Below are positions 47,508-57,599 of a DNA stretch of 64,000 nt, in pieces. The translations under genes were made by a program, and so were the position numbers. This stretch comes from an uncultured bacterium (lineage in GTDB: Bacteria; Patescibacteriota; Minisyncoccia; Phycocordibacterales; GWA1-40-21), in contig CAIKXE010000004.1 in NCBI GenBank assembly GCA_903831305.1, positions 83,524-147,523 of the forward strand, read 5' to 3'. The notes under the pieces were generated by a model, which was not told the origin of the DNA, did no database searches, and saw nothing but the letters and a program-made list of their open reading frames with translations. Numbering within the stretch: the stretch's first letter is position 1; every line of letters begins with the position of its first letter.

Positions 47508-47978
47508 ATGAAAAAAAAGGTAATATATATTATAATTTTGGTTATTTTTTTTCTGCTTCTGGCAAGCATTTTTACTGGAATTGAAACTAAAAAAGTCCAA
47601 TTAGGAACTCCGCTATCTCTTTTTGGTAATGTAAAATCTCCGTTACTCCAAAAAGCTATTATTCCAGAAAAAGTTTCCGAGGTCACTGACGGCCGCCAGA
47701 CAAATTTTATTGTCGGTTCGGTTTCCTATCCGGTTTCTACTGCTGTCGGAGGAAATATTTATGAGGTGATGAACACCTTATCTTCTACTACCGCTTTCCG
47801 CTTTACGGCAAAATATTATCAAGGTTTAGGCTATTTTATAGAGGAAATCAATGGAATAAAGAATAAGGATGGTTATTATTGGACTCTATATGTAAACGAG
47901 GTATATTCAACCGTTGGAGTATCAGACTATATTTTAAAAGAGGGTGATCAGATAGAATGGAAGCTTGAGAAAAAATAA
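47508..47978 (+). CDS. DUF4430 (transcobalamin-like C-terminal) domain membrane-anchored protein
   Basis: N-terminal TM; GYFIEEINGI...YWTLYVNE...VGVSDYILKEGDQIEW. Confidence 0.8.
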   Translation: MKKKVIYIIILVIFFLLLASIFTGIETKKVQLGTPLSLFGNVKSPLLQKAIIPEKVSEVTDGRQTNFIVGSVSYPVSTAVGGNIYEVMNTLSSTTAFRFTAKYYQGLGYFIEEINGIKNKDGYYWTLYVNEVYSTVGVSDYILKEGDQIEWKLEKK

Positions 47979-47982
47979 AATT

Positions 47983-48528
47983 ATGTCCAAGAAAGTCTCC
48001 TTGATTGTTTTAGTATTCTTAATTGGGCTCGGTATATTGGGGCGTTTCTTTCCGCATTTACCAAACGTCACACCAGTAACCGCCATTGCCCTCTTTTCGG
48101 TCACTTATTTGGGTTTACGGTATTCATTTATAGCCTTCTTGGTTACGATGTTTATTTCGGATATTTTTATTGGTTTTTATCAGTGGCAAATAATGCTCTC
48201 GGTTTATAGTGGTTTTGCTCTAGCTAGCCTCGTTGGGTTATATTTCAAAAAGCACAAAACATTCCCTATTATTTTAGGCGGCACCGTGGTGTCTTCTTTG
48301 TTATTCTTTGTGATAACCAACTGGGCAGTTTGGCAATACAGCGGTATGTATAGTCATAATTGGGCTGGTTTGCTTGAGTCATATACCATGGCTCTGCCTT
48401 TTCTTAAAAATTCGTTAGTGGGTGATTTGTTCTATACTGGTGTTTTCTTTGGGGCTTTTGAATTAGTTAAGTATTTTGTTATAAATAGAAGTGCAAATAT
48501 GCTATATTATAGGGGTGGACAAAAATAA
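47983..48528 (+). CDS. Putative vitamin transporter membrane protein (DUF6580-like / ECF S-component-like)
   Basis: R-PHLPN-TP-AIALF, SD-FIGFY, FF-ITNWAVW, Y-ALPF and GDLFY; about six TMs. Confidence 0.75.
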   Translation: MSKKVSLIVLVFLIGLGILGRFFPHLPNVTPVTAIALFSVTYLGLRYSFIAFLVTMFISDIFIGFYQWQIMLSVYSGFALASLVGLYFKKHKTFPIILGGTVVSSLLFFVITNWAVWQYSGMYSHNWAGLLESYTMALPFLKNSLVGDLFYTGVFFGAFELVKYFVINRSANMLYYRGGQK

Positions 48529-48555
48529 AATATTATTTTTTAGGTAATAATCCTT

Positions 48556-49203
48556 ATGTTTGATTTTTTAGAAAAAATAATAATCCCATATTCAGAGACT
48601 ATACATTTGGCTATATTTGCTCCAGTTATTTCGTTTATTGAGGAAGTAATTCCACCTATCCCTTCACCGTCTATAATGCTCGCTACGGGTTATATGGCCC
48701 AGATTCAGGGGTATTTGTTTTATAGCCTAATCATTTTAGCTATTCTTGGAGCTCTGGGTAAAACCGGTGGGGCCGCGGTGGTTTATTATATTGCGGATAA
48801 GGTGGAGGATCTCTTGTCTAGTAAAATTGCCAAATTCATCGGGGTTACCCATGAGCAGATTGAGTCTTTGGGGAAGCGGCTGAGTAAGGATAAGCGTGAT
48901 TATGTTATTTTGACCGCTCTACGGGCTACTCCGTTGGTACCGAGCTCGCTACTTTCCGTGGGCTGTGGTTTACTCAAGGTAGATTTTAAGCTTTTTATGA
49001 TCTCCACTTTTTTTGGTTCTATTATTCGGGATTTTATCTATATTTATTTGGGGTATACCGGAACCCGGCTAGCTATCCACTCCTTTAAAAATAATGCTAA
49101 TACCATTGAATCCATCATCCAGTATCTGGCTGTTATCCTGATTATCTTATTTTTGGGATTTTTATATTATAGACGTTATCAGAATAATAAAGTAAAAAAG
49201 TAA
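48556..49203 (+). CDS. DedA/VTT-family membrane protein
   Basis: EEVIPPIPS, LRATPLVP and F-ISTFFGSIIR motifs. Confidence 0.85.
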   Translation: MFDFLEKIIIPYSETIHLAIFAPVISFIEEVIPPIPSPSIMLATGYMAQIQGYLFYSLIILAILGALGKTGGAAVVYYIADKVEDLLSSKIAKFIGVTHEQIESLGKRLSKDKRDYVILTALRATPLVPSSLLSVGCGLLKVDFKLFMISTFFGSIIRDFIYIYLGYTGTRLAIHSFKNNANTIESIIQYLAVILIILFLGFLYYRRYQNNKVKK

Positions 49204-49262
49204 AGTTATTTTTATTAATTTATTAGCCCCAGCACAAAAAATAATGTTGGAGTCAAAATAAA

Positions 49263-49646
49263 ATGAAAGCATTCGTAAAAAACATTGAGGAGGCAACATT
49301 AGGAAATGAGAATTTTAGAAAGGTTCTTTATACTAGCAAATATGGTCAGGTGGTGGTGATGTCACTCTTACCAAAAGAGGAGATCGGGCTCGAGGTGCAC
49401 GAGGTCACGGATCAGTTTTTTAGAGTAGAGAAGGGTGATGGCAAGGTAATAATAGATGGGGAGGAATCTTATATTCATGATGGTTTTGTGGTGGTGGTGC
49501 CTGCCGGGGCGCATCATAATGTGATAAATACTTCAGCTGATCATGATTTAAAGCTTTACACTATATATATGCCCCCACATCATAAGGATGGGGTGATTCA
49601 TAAGACAAAAGCTGACGCTGAAGCAGATACCGAGGATCATTTGTAA
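49263..49646 (+). CDS. Cupin-domain protein
   Basis: NENFRKVLYT, EIGLEVH, VPAGAHHNVIN and LKLYTIY motifs. Confidence 0.9.
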   Translation: MKAFVKNIEEATLGNENFRKVLYTSKYGQVVVMSLLPKEEIGLEVHEVTDQFFRVEKGDGKVIIDGEESYIHDGFVVVVPAGAHHNVINTSADHDLKLYTIYMPPHHKDGVIHKTKADAEADTEDHL

Positions 49647-49647
49647 A

Positions 49648-50202
49648 ATGAAAACAGAAAATATTGAGATTTTGAAAAACGGCGGAGTGGGGGTGATGCC
49701 GACGGATACAGTGTACGGTATCGTCTGCAGTGCTTTTTCTAAGCCGGCGCTAGAAAGGCTTTTTAAAGTCAAAGGCCGGGATGAAAACAAACCACCGATT
49801 ATTCTCATAGCCGATATTTCTGATTTGGATAGGTTTGGAATCAGCATTTCTCCTACTCAGGTTGAGTTTATGGGAAAATATTGGCCAGGGAAGGTAACGA
49901 TTATCTTTACTGTACCAGAAAACTTTTCTTATTTAGACAAGGGTTTGGGTCTGGCTATCCGGCTACCGGCCGATGAGAGTTTGAGAGAAATCTTAAGGCA
50001 GACCGGACCACTGGCTACTACTAGTGCTAATTTTCAGGGTCAAACCACAGCTAAAAATATTAATGAGGCGAAGAAGTGTTTTGCTGATAATGTGGATTTT
50101 TATGAAGATGGTGGTGAGCTAGAATCCCTACCTTCTACCTTAGTAAAAATAAGTGGTGACAAAGTAGAAATCCTACGCCAGGGAGCGGTTGTTATTTCTT
50201 AA
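49648..50202 (+). CDS. tsaC: Threonylcarbamoyl-AMP synthase (TsaC/Sua5)
   Basis: PTDTVYG, KGR--NKP, WPG, TSAN, PST and RQG motifs. Confidence 0.92.
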   Translation: MKTENIEILKNGGVGVMPTDTVYGIVCSAFSKPALERLFKVKGRDENKPPIILIADISDLDRFGISISPTQVEFMGKYWPGKVTIIFTVPENFSYLDKGLGLAIRLPADESLREILRQTGPLATTSANFQGQTTAKNINEAKKCFADNVDFYEDGGELESLPSTLVKISGDKVEILRQGAVVIS

Positions 50203-50233
50203 ATATCTTGTTATATTGTTGATAAACAATCTT

Positions 50234-51130
50234 ATGAAAAAAGGTTTTACCCACACCCTAAATTTTAAAAGAAAGTTAGTATGTGGGTTTACATTACTCG
50301 AAATCCTCCTCGTCGTCGGCATCATCGCTGTCCTGGCCGGCATTGTTATTTTAGCTATTAATCCTACGAAACAGTTCTCCAATATCCGTAATACTCAAAG
50401 AAAGATGAATCTAGCGGAAATCAACAAAGCCTTATACCAATACTATATAGATAATAGCGGTTATCCTTCCACTCTCACCACCACCTTAACCGAAATATGT
50501 AACACCGGTACTGGTACTACTACCCACAGTGTAGTCTGTACTGGACTTATCGACCTCTCGGCTCTCGTCCCCACTTATTTAGTAGCTATCCCCGCTGATC
50601 CCCAAGCTACCTCTACCAATGCTTTATATAAGGTGATGAAGGGTACCAATAATAAACCCTATGTCAGTGCAGCTTCAGCTGAGCTTGGGGTAACGGTTGA
50701 GTTGGGGACGGCACCACCGGCTGTGGTTCCTTGTGGTGACCCTACTAGTGAGGCTTGTTGGTCGACGATTGCTAGTAGTAAAGCTTGGGGACCATCTGGT
50801 GTAACTACTGGTGCCCAAAGTAATACTGACGGATCGGCAAATACAGTAATCTTGGCCGGTTTAGCTGGTAGTTATCCGGCAGCGGAATATTGTGACGCTC
50901 TGTCAGAAGGAGGTTATACTGATTGGTATTTACCAGCTAAGGATCAGTTATTTTCTGGTCGTGTAGCTCTCGGTTTGTCTGGTTTCCCGAGTGGTGTTTA
51001 TTATTGGTCATCTACTGAGAATCAAAACTATCCAGGTGACGGCGCTTGGTTCCTGGATACCGACTACGGTGGCAGCATGGGCGACTACTACGATAAGATC
51101 AATCAGTTCTCCATTCGTTGTCTTCGCTAG
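50234..51130 (+). CDS. Type IV pilin-like protein with C-terminal DUF1566/C-type-lectin-like domain (candidate DGR target)
   Basis: GFTLLE N-methylation motif; C-terminal GGYTDWYLPAKDQL, YWSSTE, AW and IRCLR*. Confidence 0.85.
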   Translation: MKKGFTHTLNFKRKLVCGFTLLEILLVVGIIAVLAGIVILAINPTKQFSNIRNTQRKMNLAEINKALYQYYIDNSGYPSTLTTTLTEICNTGTGTTTHSVVCTGLIDLSALVPTYLVAIPADPQATSTNALYKVMKGTNNKPYVSAASAELGVTVELGTAPPAVVPCGDPTSEACWSTIASSKAWGPSGVTTGAQSNTDGSANTVILAGLAGSYPAAEYCDALSEGGYTDWYLPAKDQLFSGRVALGLSGFPSGVYYWSSTENQNYPGDGAWFLDTDYGGSMGDYYDKINQFSIRCLR

Positions 51131-51211
51131 TTTTTTGGTATTAACGTAGGTACATAAAATAGAGTTATTTATTTAATGGCTAATTTTATTTGACCAAGGT
51201 ATAATATATAA

Positions 51212-51862
51212 ATGTTAAATTTATTTAAAAAAAAGCTATTGGAAAATACGACTACTAAAACAAATATTCCTAAGGCATTTATCATTATTGGGCGCTCAGG
51301 CTGTGGTAAGGGGACGCAAGCGGACTTGCTGATGGAGCATTTATGTAAAACTGGTGATAAAACTTGCCGTAGTTTACATATTGAGAGCGGGGCGCTGCTC
51401 AGAGCCTTTTCTCTTGGTGGTAATTTTACTCAGAAAAAGATCAAAACTGTTCTAAATAGTGGCACCTTGGTACCAGAATCCATCATTGTGTCCTTGTGGA
51501 CAAATTATATTATTGCTAATTTTACTGGTACGGAAAATATGGTTTTTGATGGTACACCTAGGAAGCTTCATGAGGCCCAGCTTTTGGATAATGCCCTGCA
51601 GTTTTATGGAGTAGAAAAACCTGTTGTCCTTCATTTGGATGTTAGCCGAGATTGGTCAGAAAAAAGGTTGCAAGGAAGGGCGAGGAAGGATGATACCGTG
51701 GAGGCGATCGCTCGAAGGCTGGCTTGGTTTGAGACTGAAGTGACAAAGACAATAGATTATTATAAAAACAATTCCTATTATAATTTTATAAATATTAATG
51801 GCGAACAGCCGATTACTGATGTTCAAAATGAAATACTTGCCAAATTAGGCTTAAATAGGTAG
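51212..51862 (+). CDS. adk: Adenylate kinase-like nucleoside monophosphate kinase
   Basis: GRSGCGKGTQ, DGTPR and R-DDT motifs; short lid; precedes map. Confidence 0.85.
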   Translation: MLNLFKKKLLENTTTKTNIPKAFIIIGRSGCGKGTQADLLMEHLCKTGDKTCRSLHIESGALLRAFSLGGNFTQKKIKTVLNSGTLVPESIIVSLWTNYIIANFTGTENMVFDGTPRKLHEAQLLDNALQFYGVEKPVVLHLDVSRDWSEKRLQGRARKDDTVEAIARRLAWFETEVTKTIDYYKNNSYYNFININGEQPITDVQNEILAKLGLNR

Positions 51863-51871
51863 TATTTGTTA

Positions 51872-52645
51872 ATGGCCGTAACTGTTAAAAATAAAGAGGA
51901 AATAGAAGCTTTGCGAGAAGGGGGTAAGAGATTAGCCTTTATTTTGGCTGAAGTGGCTCGGGCGGTAAAGCCTGGTGTTTCTACTTTGGATCTAGATAAT
52001 TTAGCTCGGAAGCTGGTAGAAGAGGGGGGTGATAAAAGTGCTTTTCTAAATTATAAACCGGCCGGTATGAAGAGGCCTTATCCGGCGACTATTTGTGTAT
52101 CAGTGAACGATGCGATTGTCCACGGTATTCCTAACGAGAATCCTCTGATTATAAAAGAAGGTGACATAGTTTCCTTGGATATGGGACTAAATCATAAGGG
52201 ACTTTTTACGGACGCGGCGGTGACAGTGGGGGTAGGAACAGTGGATCAGGCAGGTCAAAATTTGATTGACGCTACTCGCCTGGCTCTATATGAGGGAATA
52301 AATGTCATAAAACCAGGTAAACATATCAGAGATATTAGCTATGCGATTGAAAAATATGTCCGACCAAAGCATTTGGGGATTGTGGAGGAACTCTGCGGGC
52401 ACGGCGTGGGTTATAAAGTCCACGAGGATCCATTTATTCCAAATTTTTGTTTGGAAGAGAAAGGAGAAAAATTAAAAGAGGGCATGGTCCTGGCCCTGGA
52501 GCCAATGCTAAATGAGGGGAGTCGGCATATCAAGCTTGATGCGGATGGCTATACTTATAGGACACAGGATGGTAAGCGTAGCGCACATTTTGAACACACG
52601 GTCGTCGTCACCCATGATGGGGTGGAAATATTGACTCAGGAATAA
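51872..52645 (+). CDS. map: Methionine aminopeptidase type I
   Basis: CVSVND-IVHGIP, GHGVG-VHEDP, ALEPM and SAHFEHT motifs. Confidence 0.96.
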   Translation: MAVTVKNKEEIEALREGGKRLAFILAEVARAVKPGVSTLDLDNLARKLVEEGGDKSAFLNYKPAGMKRPYPATICVSVNDAIVHGIPNENPLIIKEGDIVSLDMGLNHKGLFTDAAVTVGVGTVDQAGQNLIDATRLALYEGINVIKPGKHIRDISYAIEKYVRPKHLGIVEELCGHGVGYKVHEDPFIPNFCLEEKGEKLKEGMVLALEPMLNEGSRHIKLDADGYTYRTQDGKRSAHFEHTVVVTHDGVEILTQE

Positions 52646-52740
52646 TTATTGTCACCAAGTAAGCCATGGCTTACTTTACAATATAGGAGTTTTCAATATG
52701 TATCTGTGCTATTATAGTAAGCATAATTTTATTTAGTATT

Positions 52741-54681
52741 ATGAAAAGAAACCACGGTTTTACATTACTTGAAATCCTCCTCGTCGTCGGTCTCATCGCT
52801 ATCCTCGCTGGTATCGTGATTCTTGCCCTAAATCCCACCAAGATGTTCTCCCAAGTCCGTAATGCTCAGCGTAAGGCTAATCTGACAGAAATCAATAAAG
52901 CCGTCTACCAATATTATATTGATAACTCCCGTTATCCCGCCACCTTAACCTCCATCGCCACTGAGATCTGTAATACCGGGGCTACTTCTACTGGTCATAG
53001 TATAAGCTGTACTGGTTTGATTGACCTCTCAGCTCTCGTCCCTACTTATATGGTCGCCATCCCCACTGACCCCAGTGGGGCCATAAATACCGGTGGAGCC
53101 GGTTATAAAATAGCTAGTGACCCTATTGGTAAACCGTACCTTCAAGCCTCTCGCGCGGAACTCTCGGTCAGTATTTACATTGGTAATAGCACTGGAGTTC
53201 TAGGTACAAACTGGGATATGCCTGGAAGCTGGACTACACCTACTACAACCGGTAATCTCCGTTACTGGGTGGCCTCCTCGGCTGGCTCTTGGAATGATAC
53301 CGCTAACTGGTCTACTACCTCTGGTGGAGCGGGTGGCTCCTCGGTCCCCGGTTCTACCGAGGATGCCTACTTTGATGGTAGTGGAAATGGAGCTTGTACC
53401 ATAAATGCCACCGTCAATGTTAAAGGTCTAATCCTAGAAGGCTATTCCGGCACTATCACTCAAGGCTCCTATGCTGTGACGGTGGGGACTGATGGTTACT
53501 CTCAAGCCTCGGGGACCTTTACTGGTTCAGGTGCTGGCTCAGCGGTTACTGTAAATGGTATCTATAAATTGGCGGGAGGGGTGTTTACAGGGACAAGTGG
53601 GACGTTAACCGTGGCTGGTAATTTTACTAAAACGAATGGGACGTTTGCGCATAATAGCGGGACGACAAAAATGACTGGCTACGGGAGTACCTTTACTAGT
53701 GGTGGTACTACCTTTGGTAGTCTTACTTTTTATTCAACTGCCTATACCGCAAATCCATATGTCCTAGCCGACGATTTTGTTGTAGCAGGAGATTTAACAA
53801 TATCTTCAGCCGCATATGGATGGGTTACAGCCATATCTCCTCGCACAATTACCCTTCAAAGTAATTTTTATCAAACAACATCTTTTAATAGTGCACTTGG
53901 TGGTTTTGATACGAGTAATATAACTCTTATTATGACAGGAAGCGGAAAGACTTTTACTCTCTCATCCGGACAATTCAAAGCTAACTTAAGTTTACAAGGT
54001 GCAACTACATTAGCTTACTCAGCATATTTACCTAATTATTCTGGGACTCTCACTATTGATGCAAGTGTGGGTCTTGGCGCGGCATTAAATTGTGGTTCAT
54101 TAGTCATAAATTCCGGTAAGACCCTCACCACAAACAACTATGATGTTACCATTAGCGGCTCCTTAATTAATAGTGGCACGTTTACTTTGGGAACAAGTAA
54201 TGTAACATTAAGAAATGCATACAATTCAATAGTAACTCATACAACTGGTGGTATTGCCTTTAATAATCTGACACTTGGTGGAGCGAGTATAACTGGATCT
54301 CAAATATTAGCGGATAATTTTACAGTAGCTGGGACTTTGACGATCGGCGACGTCTCCTGGCTAAATACGGTTACTGCCACTTCTACTCGAACGATTACTC
54401 TTCAGGGTAATTTTGTTCAGACATTGCTTTCTAATAGTAACCTCGGCGGTTTTGATACAAGTAACATTACTCTTAATATGACAGGAAGCGGAAAGACTAT
54501 TAATTTTACTCAGGGTAAATTTAAGGCTAATTTAAATATTGCTAATTCTGCCTCAATTTCTTTGGTTAATAATTTAGTTGTTACTAGTGCCACGACTACT
54601 ATAAATGCCGGTGGTACATTAAACAAAATGGGCTATACCTTGACCGGGACTTTAGTAAATAATGGTACTCTAATACCTTAA
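52741..54681 (+). CDS. Type IV pilin-like protein with long Gly/Thr/Ser-rich beta-solenoid adhesin-like extension
   Basis: GFTLLE; pilin domain paralogous to 50234; YWV...WNDTANWSTTSGGAGG-SVPG motif; internal ~75-aa duplication. Confidence 0.85.
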   Translation: MKRNHGFTLLEILLVVGLIAILAGIVILALNPTKMFSQVRNAQRKANLTEINKAVYQYYIDNSRYPATLTSIATEICNTGATSTGHSISCTGLIDLSALVPTYMVAIPTDPSGAINTGGAGYKIASDPIGKPYLQASRAELSVSIYIGNSTGVLGTNWDMPGSWTTPTTTGNLRYWVASSAGSWNDTANWSTTSGGAGGSSVPGSTEDAYFDGSGNGACTINATVNVKGLILEGYSGTITQGSYAVTVGTDGYSQASGTFTGSGAGSAVTVNGIYKLAGGVFTGTSGTLTVAGNFTKTNGTFAHNSGTTKMTGYGSTFTSGGTTFGSLTFYSTAYTANPYVLADDFVVAGDLTISSAAYGWVTAISPRTITLQSNFYQTTSFNSALGGFDTSNITLIMTGSGKTFTLSSGQFKANLSLQGATTLAYSAYLPNYSGTLTIDASVGLGAALNCGSLVINSGKTLTTNNYDVTISGSLINSGTFTLGTSNVTLRNAYNSIVTHTTGGIAFNNLTLGGASITGSQILADNFTVAGTLTIGDVSWLNTVTATSTRTITLQGNFVQTLLSNSNLGGFDTSNITLNMTGSGKTINFTQGKFKANLNIANSASISLVNNLVVTSATTTINAGGTLNKMGYTLTGTLVNNGTLIP

Positions 54682-54771
54682 TTTCGGACAAGGCCTCGCC
54701 TTGTCATAATTACTTTTGGTGAATTTTGATAATAAATTATTTTTTATTCTTTTTATGATATAATTATCTCA

Positions 54772-57591
54772 ATGGAAAATGGACTACAAAAAATAGAGCA
54801 AAAGTTTTCTTCTCCACAGGAGGAGCTAAATTATTTACGTGAGCAAGTGGCTCGGCAGGAAAAAGTCCTGATAGAGAAAGGGGAGAGTGTGCCTAGAGAA
54901 GACATCATCACCGATAAAATAATTGATTATAAAAATACTAGGCCCGAGGAGGCTTTACAGCCAGACTATCAGTTGAAAACGGCGGAGGTGGAGGCGATTG
55001 TTTTGGATCTGTCGCCGGAGGAGCACGATGCTAAGATGGAAGAGATGGTTACTATTTTACAGCACAAGGGCTTGATGAATGCTTTGTCTGTGGTGGAGAG
55101 TTTAAAGGACGCACATCTAGATGATGATTTCCACCGTTTTTTAATCCAATATATCAAGGCTGGTCTGCCACTTGGGGCGGTGAAGGAGAGTAGCCCATTT
55201 TTTAAGGCTCTTAAAATGACTTTATATGAAGTAGCTTTGCCACAAGCTGAGGAGGAAGAAAAAGGCAAGCAGAAAAATTTGAAAGAGCTTATTTCTAAAA
55301 TGGAACAGTTTTACGCTGGTATGCTTTCAGTCTCCGCAGAAAAGGCGGGCCCAGATTATCTGACGATAGAGCTTGCTAACGCTAACAAGAGTGCGGAGTT
55401 TATTTTTTATGTTTCTGTTTCGGATGCTAAAAAGGAGTTATTTGAAAAACAAATCATGTCTATTTTCCCTGAGGCTAGGATCCTGGAGAAAAAAGATGAT
55501 TATAATATTTTCAATGAGCAAGGGGTGTCAGTGGGCTCTTATGCCAAGCAGGAGAAAAACCATATCTTCCCATTAAAAACCTATGATAAGTTTGATTATG
55601 ACCCACTCAATGTTATTTTAAACAGTTTTTCAAAAATTGACCGTGATGGTGAAGGAGCCAGCATCCAGATAGTTTTTAAGCCAGTGGGGGAAAAATATGT
55701 GAGTTTTTATAAAACCGCTTTGAAGGACTTTTCCAAGGGGATGAAGCTTAAAGAAGCGATAGATATGGACCGCTTCTCCTTTTTTGGCGAGACCAAGAAA
55801 ATATTTAAAGAGATTACTGATAGCTTTGTGGAAGGAAAAAAAGAAAAAGAAAAGGAAAAAGGTTTGGCTGATCAAAAGACCTTGGATATGGATAAAAACG
55901 TGCTGGAAAACTTAAATGGCAAGATCAGCACACCCACGGTGGAGACAAATATCCGAATTATTGCATCATCCCGCACAGAGGCTGAAGCTCTGTCCATCCT
56001 ATCTGATCTGGAGTCCGCTTTTAATCAGTTTGAAAATACGGGTAGTAATAAACTGTCCTTTAAACGTCCGGAAGGTAAGGACCTCAGACAGTTTTTCCGT
56101 GAGTTTTCCTTCCGGGTTTTTATGGCTAGCCAAAAGATGCCCTTAAATATCAGGGAAATAACCAGTATGATGCATTTACCGGAGAATGAAATCTTGGGGA
56201 CCTCACAACTCAAGCAGAGTAAGGCCGGTAGTGCGCAAGCTCCGCTTGACCTACAGAAGAACGGTATTTCCCTTGGTAAAAATATTCACCGTAATGTGGA
56301 GACGGACATTTATATGTCACCGGAAGACCGTCTCCGTCACTTATATATCATTGGACAGACGGGTACTGGTAAAACTACTTTATTAAAGCAGATGATTAGA
56401 CAGGATATTTTAAATGGTGATGGTGTTTGTATGATTGATCCGCATGGTTCAGATATTCAGGATGTCTTATCATATGTGCCGAAAGAGCGCCTGGAGGACT
56501 TGGTTTACTTTGATCCATCCTACACCGCTCGGCCGATGGGCCTAAATATGCTGGAATATGATATTCGTTTCCCGGAGCAAAAGACTTTTGTGGTAAATGA
56601 AATGCTTTCCATCTTTAATAAACTCTTTGACATGAAGGTAGCTGGTGGCCCGATGTTTGAGCAGTATTTTAGAAATTCCGTGATGCTGGTATTGGAAGAT
56701 CCAGAGAGTGGTAATACTTTGCTTGACGTTTCTCGGGTTTTGTCCAACAAGCAGTTTAGGGATTTGAAGATTTCCAAATGTAAGAATCCGCTCGTTATAC
56801 AATTTTGGAAGGAGATAGCGGAGAAAGCCGGCGGAGAAGCCTCTTTGGCTAATATTGTGCCTTATATTGTCAGTAAGTTTGATGTCTTTTTGCAGAATGA
56901 TATTATGCGACCAATCATTGCTCAAGAAAAATCCTCTTTTAATTTCCGTGAGATAATGGATCAGAAGAAAATCCTTCTGGTGAACTTGTCCAAGGGACGC
57001 CTAGGGGATATCAATGCCAATTTGATTGGTCTGATCATTGTAGGTAAAATCCTGATGGCGGCTTTATCACGGGTGGATTCTCTTGGTAAGGACTTAGCAC
57101 CATTTTACTTATATATTGATGAATTCCAAAATATTACCACGGATTCTATCTCTACTATTTTCTCGGAGGCCAGAAAGTACAAATTATCACTTACTGTTGC
57201 CCATCAATTTATTGCTCAGCTGGAAGAGGATATTCGGGATTCCGTTTTTGGAAACGTGGGATCCATTGCTTCTTTCCGGGTTAGTTCGGAGGATGCTGAA
57301 TATTTGGAAAAGCAGTTTGCGCCGACTTTCTCCGCCAAGGATTTGATGAGTATAGATAATTTGAATTGTTATATGAAGATGCTTGCTTCTGGCCGGCCGG
57401 TCAAGCCATTTAATTTGTTTATCCCCTTTCCACCACGTGGGGATAATGCCTTGATTGACAAAGTAAAGGAACTTTCCTATCTTAAATATGGTCGGGATCG
57501 TGAATTAGTGGAGTCAGAAATAATGAAGAAGTATGAGAAAAAGCCACTTGAGGAGGCGCCGCCAGTCCCGGTTAGCCCATTTAAGATTTAA
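54772..57591 (+). CDS. VirB4/TraD/HerA-like ATPase
   Basis: DRLRHLYIIGQTGTGKT, IDPHG, LYIDEFQN, EARKY and AHQFIAQL motifs. Confidence 0.88.
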   Translation: MENGLQKIEQKFSSPQEELNYLREQVARQEKVLIEKGESVPREDIITDKIIDYKNTRPEEALQPDYQLKTAEVEAIVLDLSPEEHDAKMEEMVTILQHKGLMNALSVVESLKDAHLDDDFHRFLIQYIKAGLPLGAVKESSPFFKALKMTLYEVALPQAEEEEKGKQKNLKELISKMEQFYAGMLSVSAEKAGPDYLTIELANANKSAEFIFYVSVSDAKKELFEKQIMSIFPEARILEKKDDYNIFNEQGVSVGSYAKQEKNHIFPLKTYDKFDYDPLNVILNSFSKIDRDGEGASIQIVFKPVGEKYVSFYKTALKDFSKGMKLKEAIDMDRFSFFGETKKIFKEITDSFVEGKKEKEKEKGLADQKTLDMDKNVLENLNGKISTPTVETNIRIIASSRTEAEALSILSDLESAFNQFENTGSNKLSFKRPEGKDLRQFFREFSFRVFMASQKMPLNIREITSMMHLPENEILGTSQLKQSKAGSAQAPLDLQKNGISLGKNIHRNVETDIYMSPEDRLRHLYIIGQTGTGKTTLLKQMIRQDILNGDGVCMIDPHGSDIQDVLSYVPKERLEDLVYFDPSYTARPMGLNMLEYDIRFPEQKTFVVNEMLSIFNKLFDMKVAGGPMFEQYFRNSVMLVLEDPESGNTLLDVSRVLSNKQFRDLKISKCKNPLVIQFWKEIAEKAGGEASLANIVPYIVSKFDVFLQNDIMRPIIAQEKSSFNFREIMDQKKILLVNLSKGRLGDINANLIGLIIVGKILMAALSRVDSLGKDLAPFYLYIDEFQNITTDSISTIFSEARKYKLSLTVAHQFIAQLEEDIRDSVFGNVGSIASFRVSSEDAEYLEKQFAPTFSAKDLMSIDNLNCYMKMLASGRPVKPFNLFIPFPPRGDNALIDKVKELSYLKYGRDRELVESEIMKKYEKKPLEEAPPVPVSPFKI

Positions 57592-57599
57592 TAGTGCAT

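Noticed and set aside
54772-57591. Conjugative element implied by the VirB4/TraD-like ATPase
   Set aside because: No relaxase, mating-pair genes or integrase nearby. Such ATPases are routine chromosomal genes in CPR.
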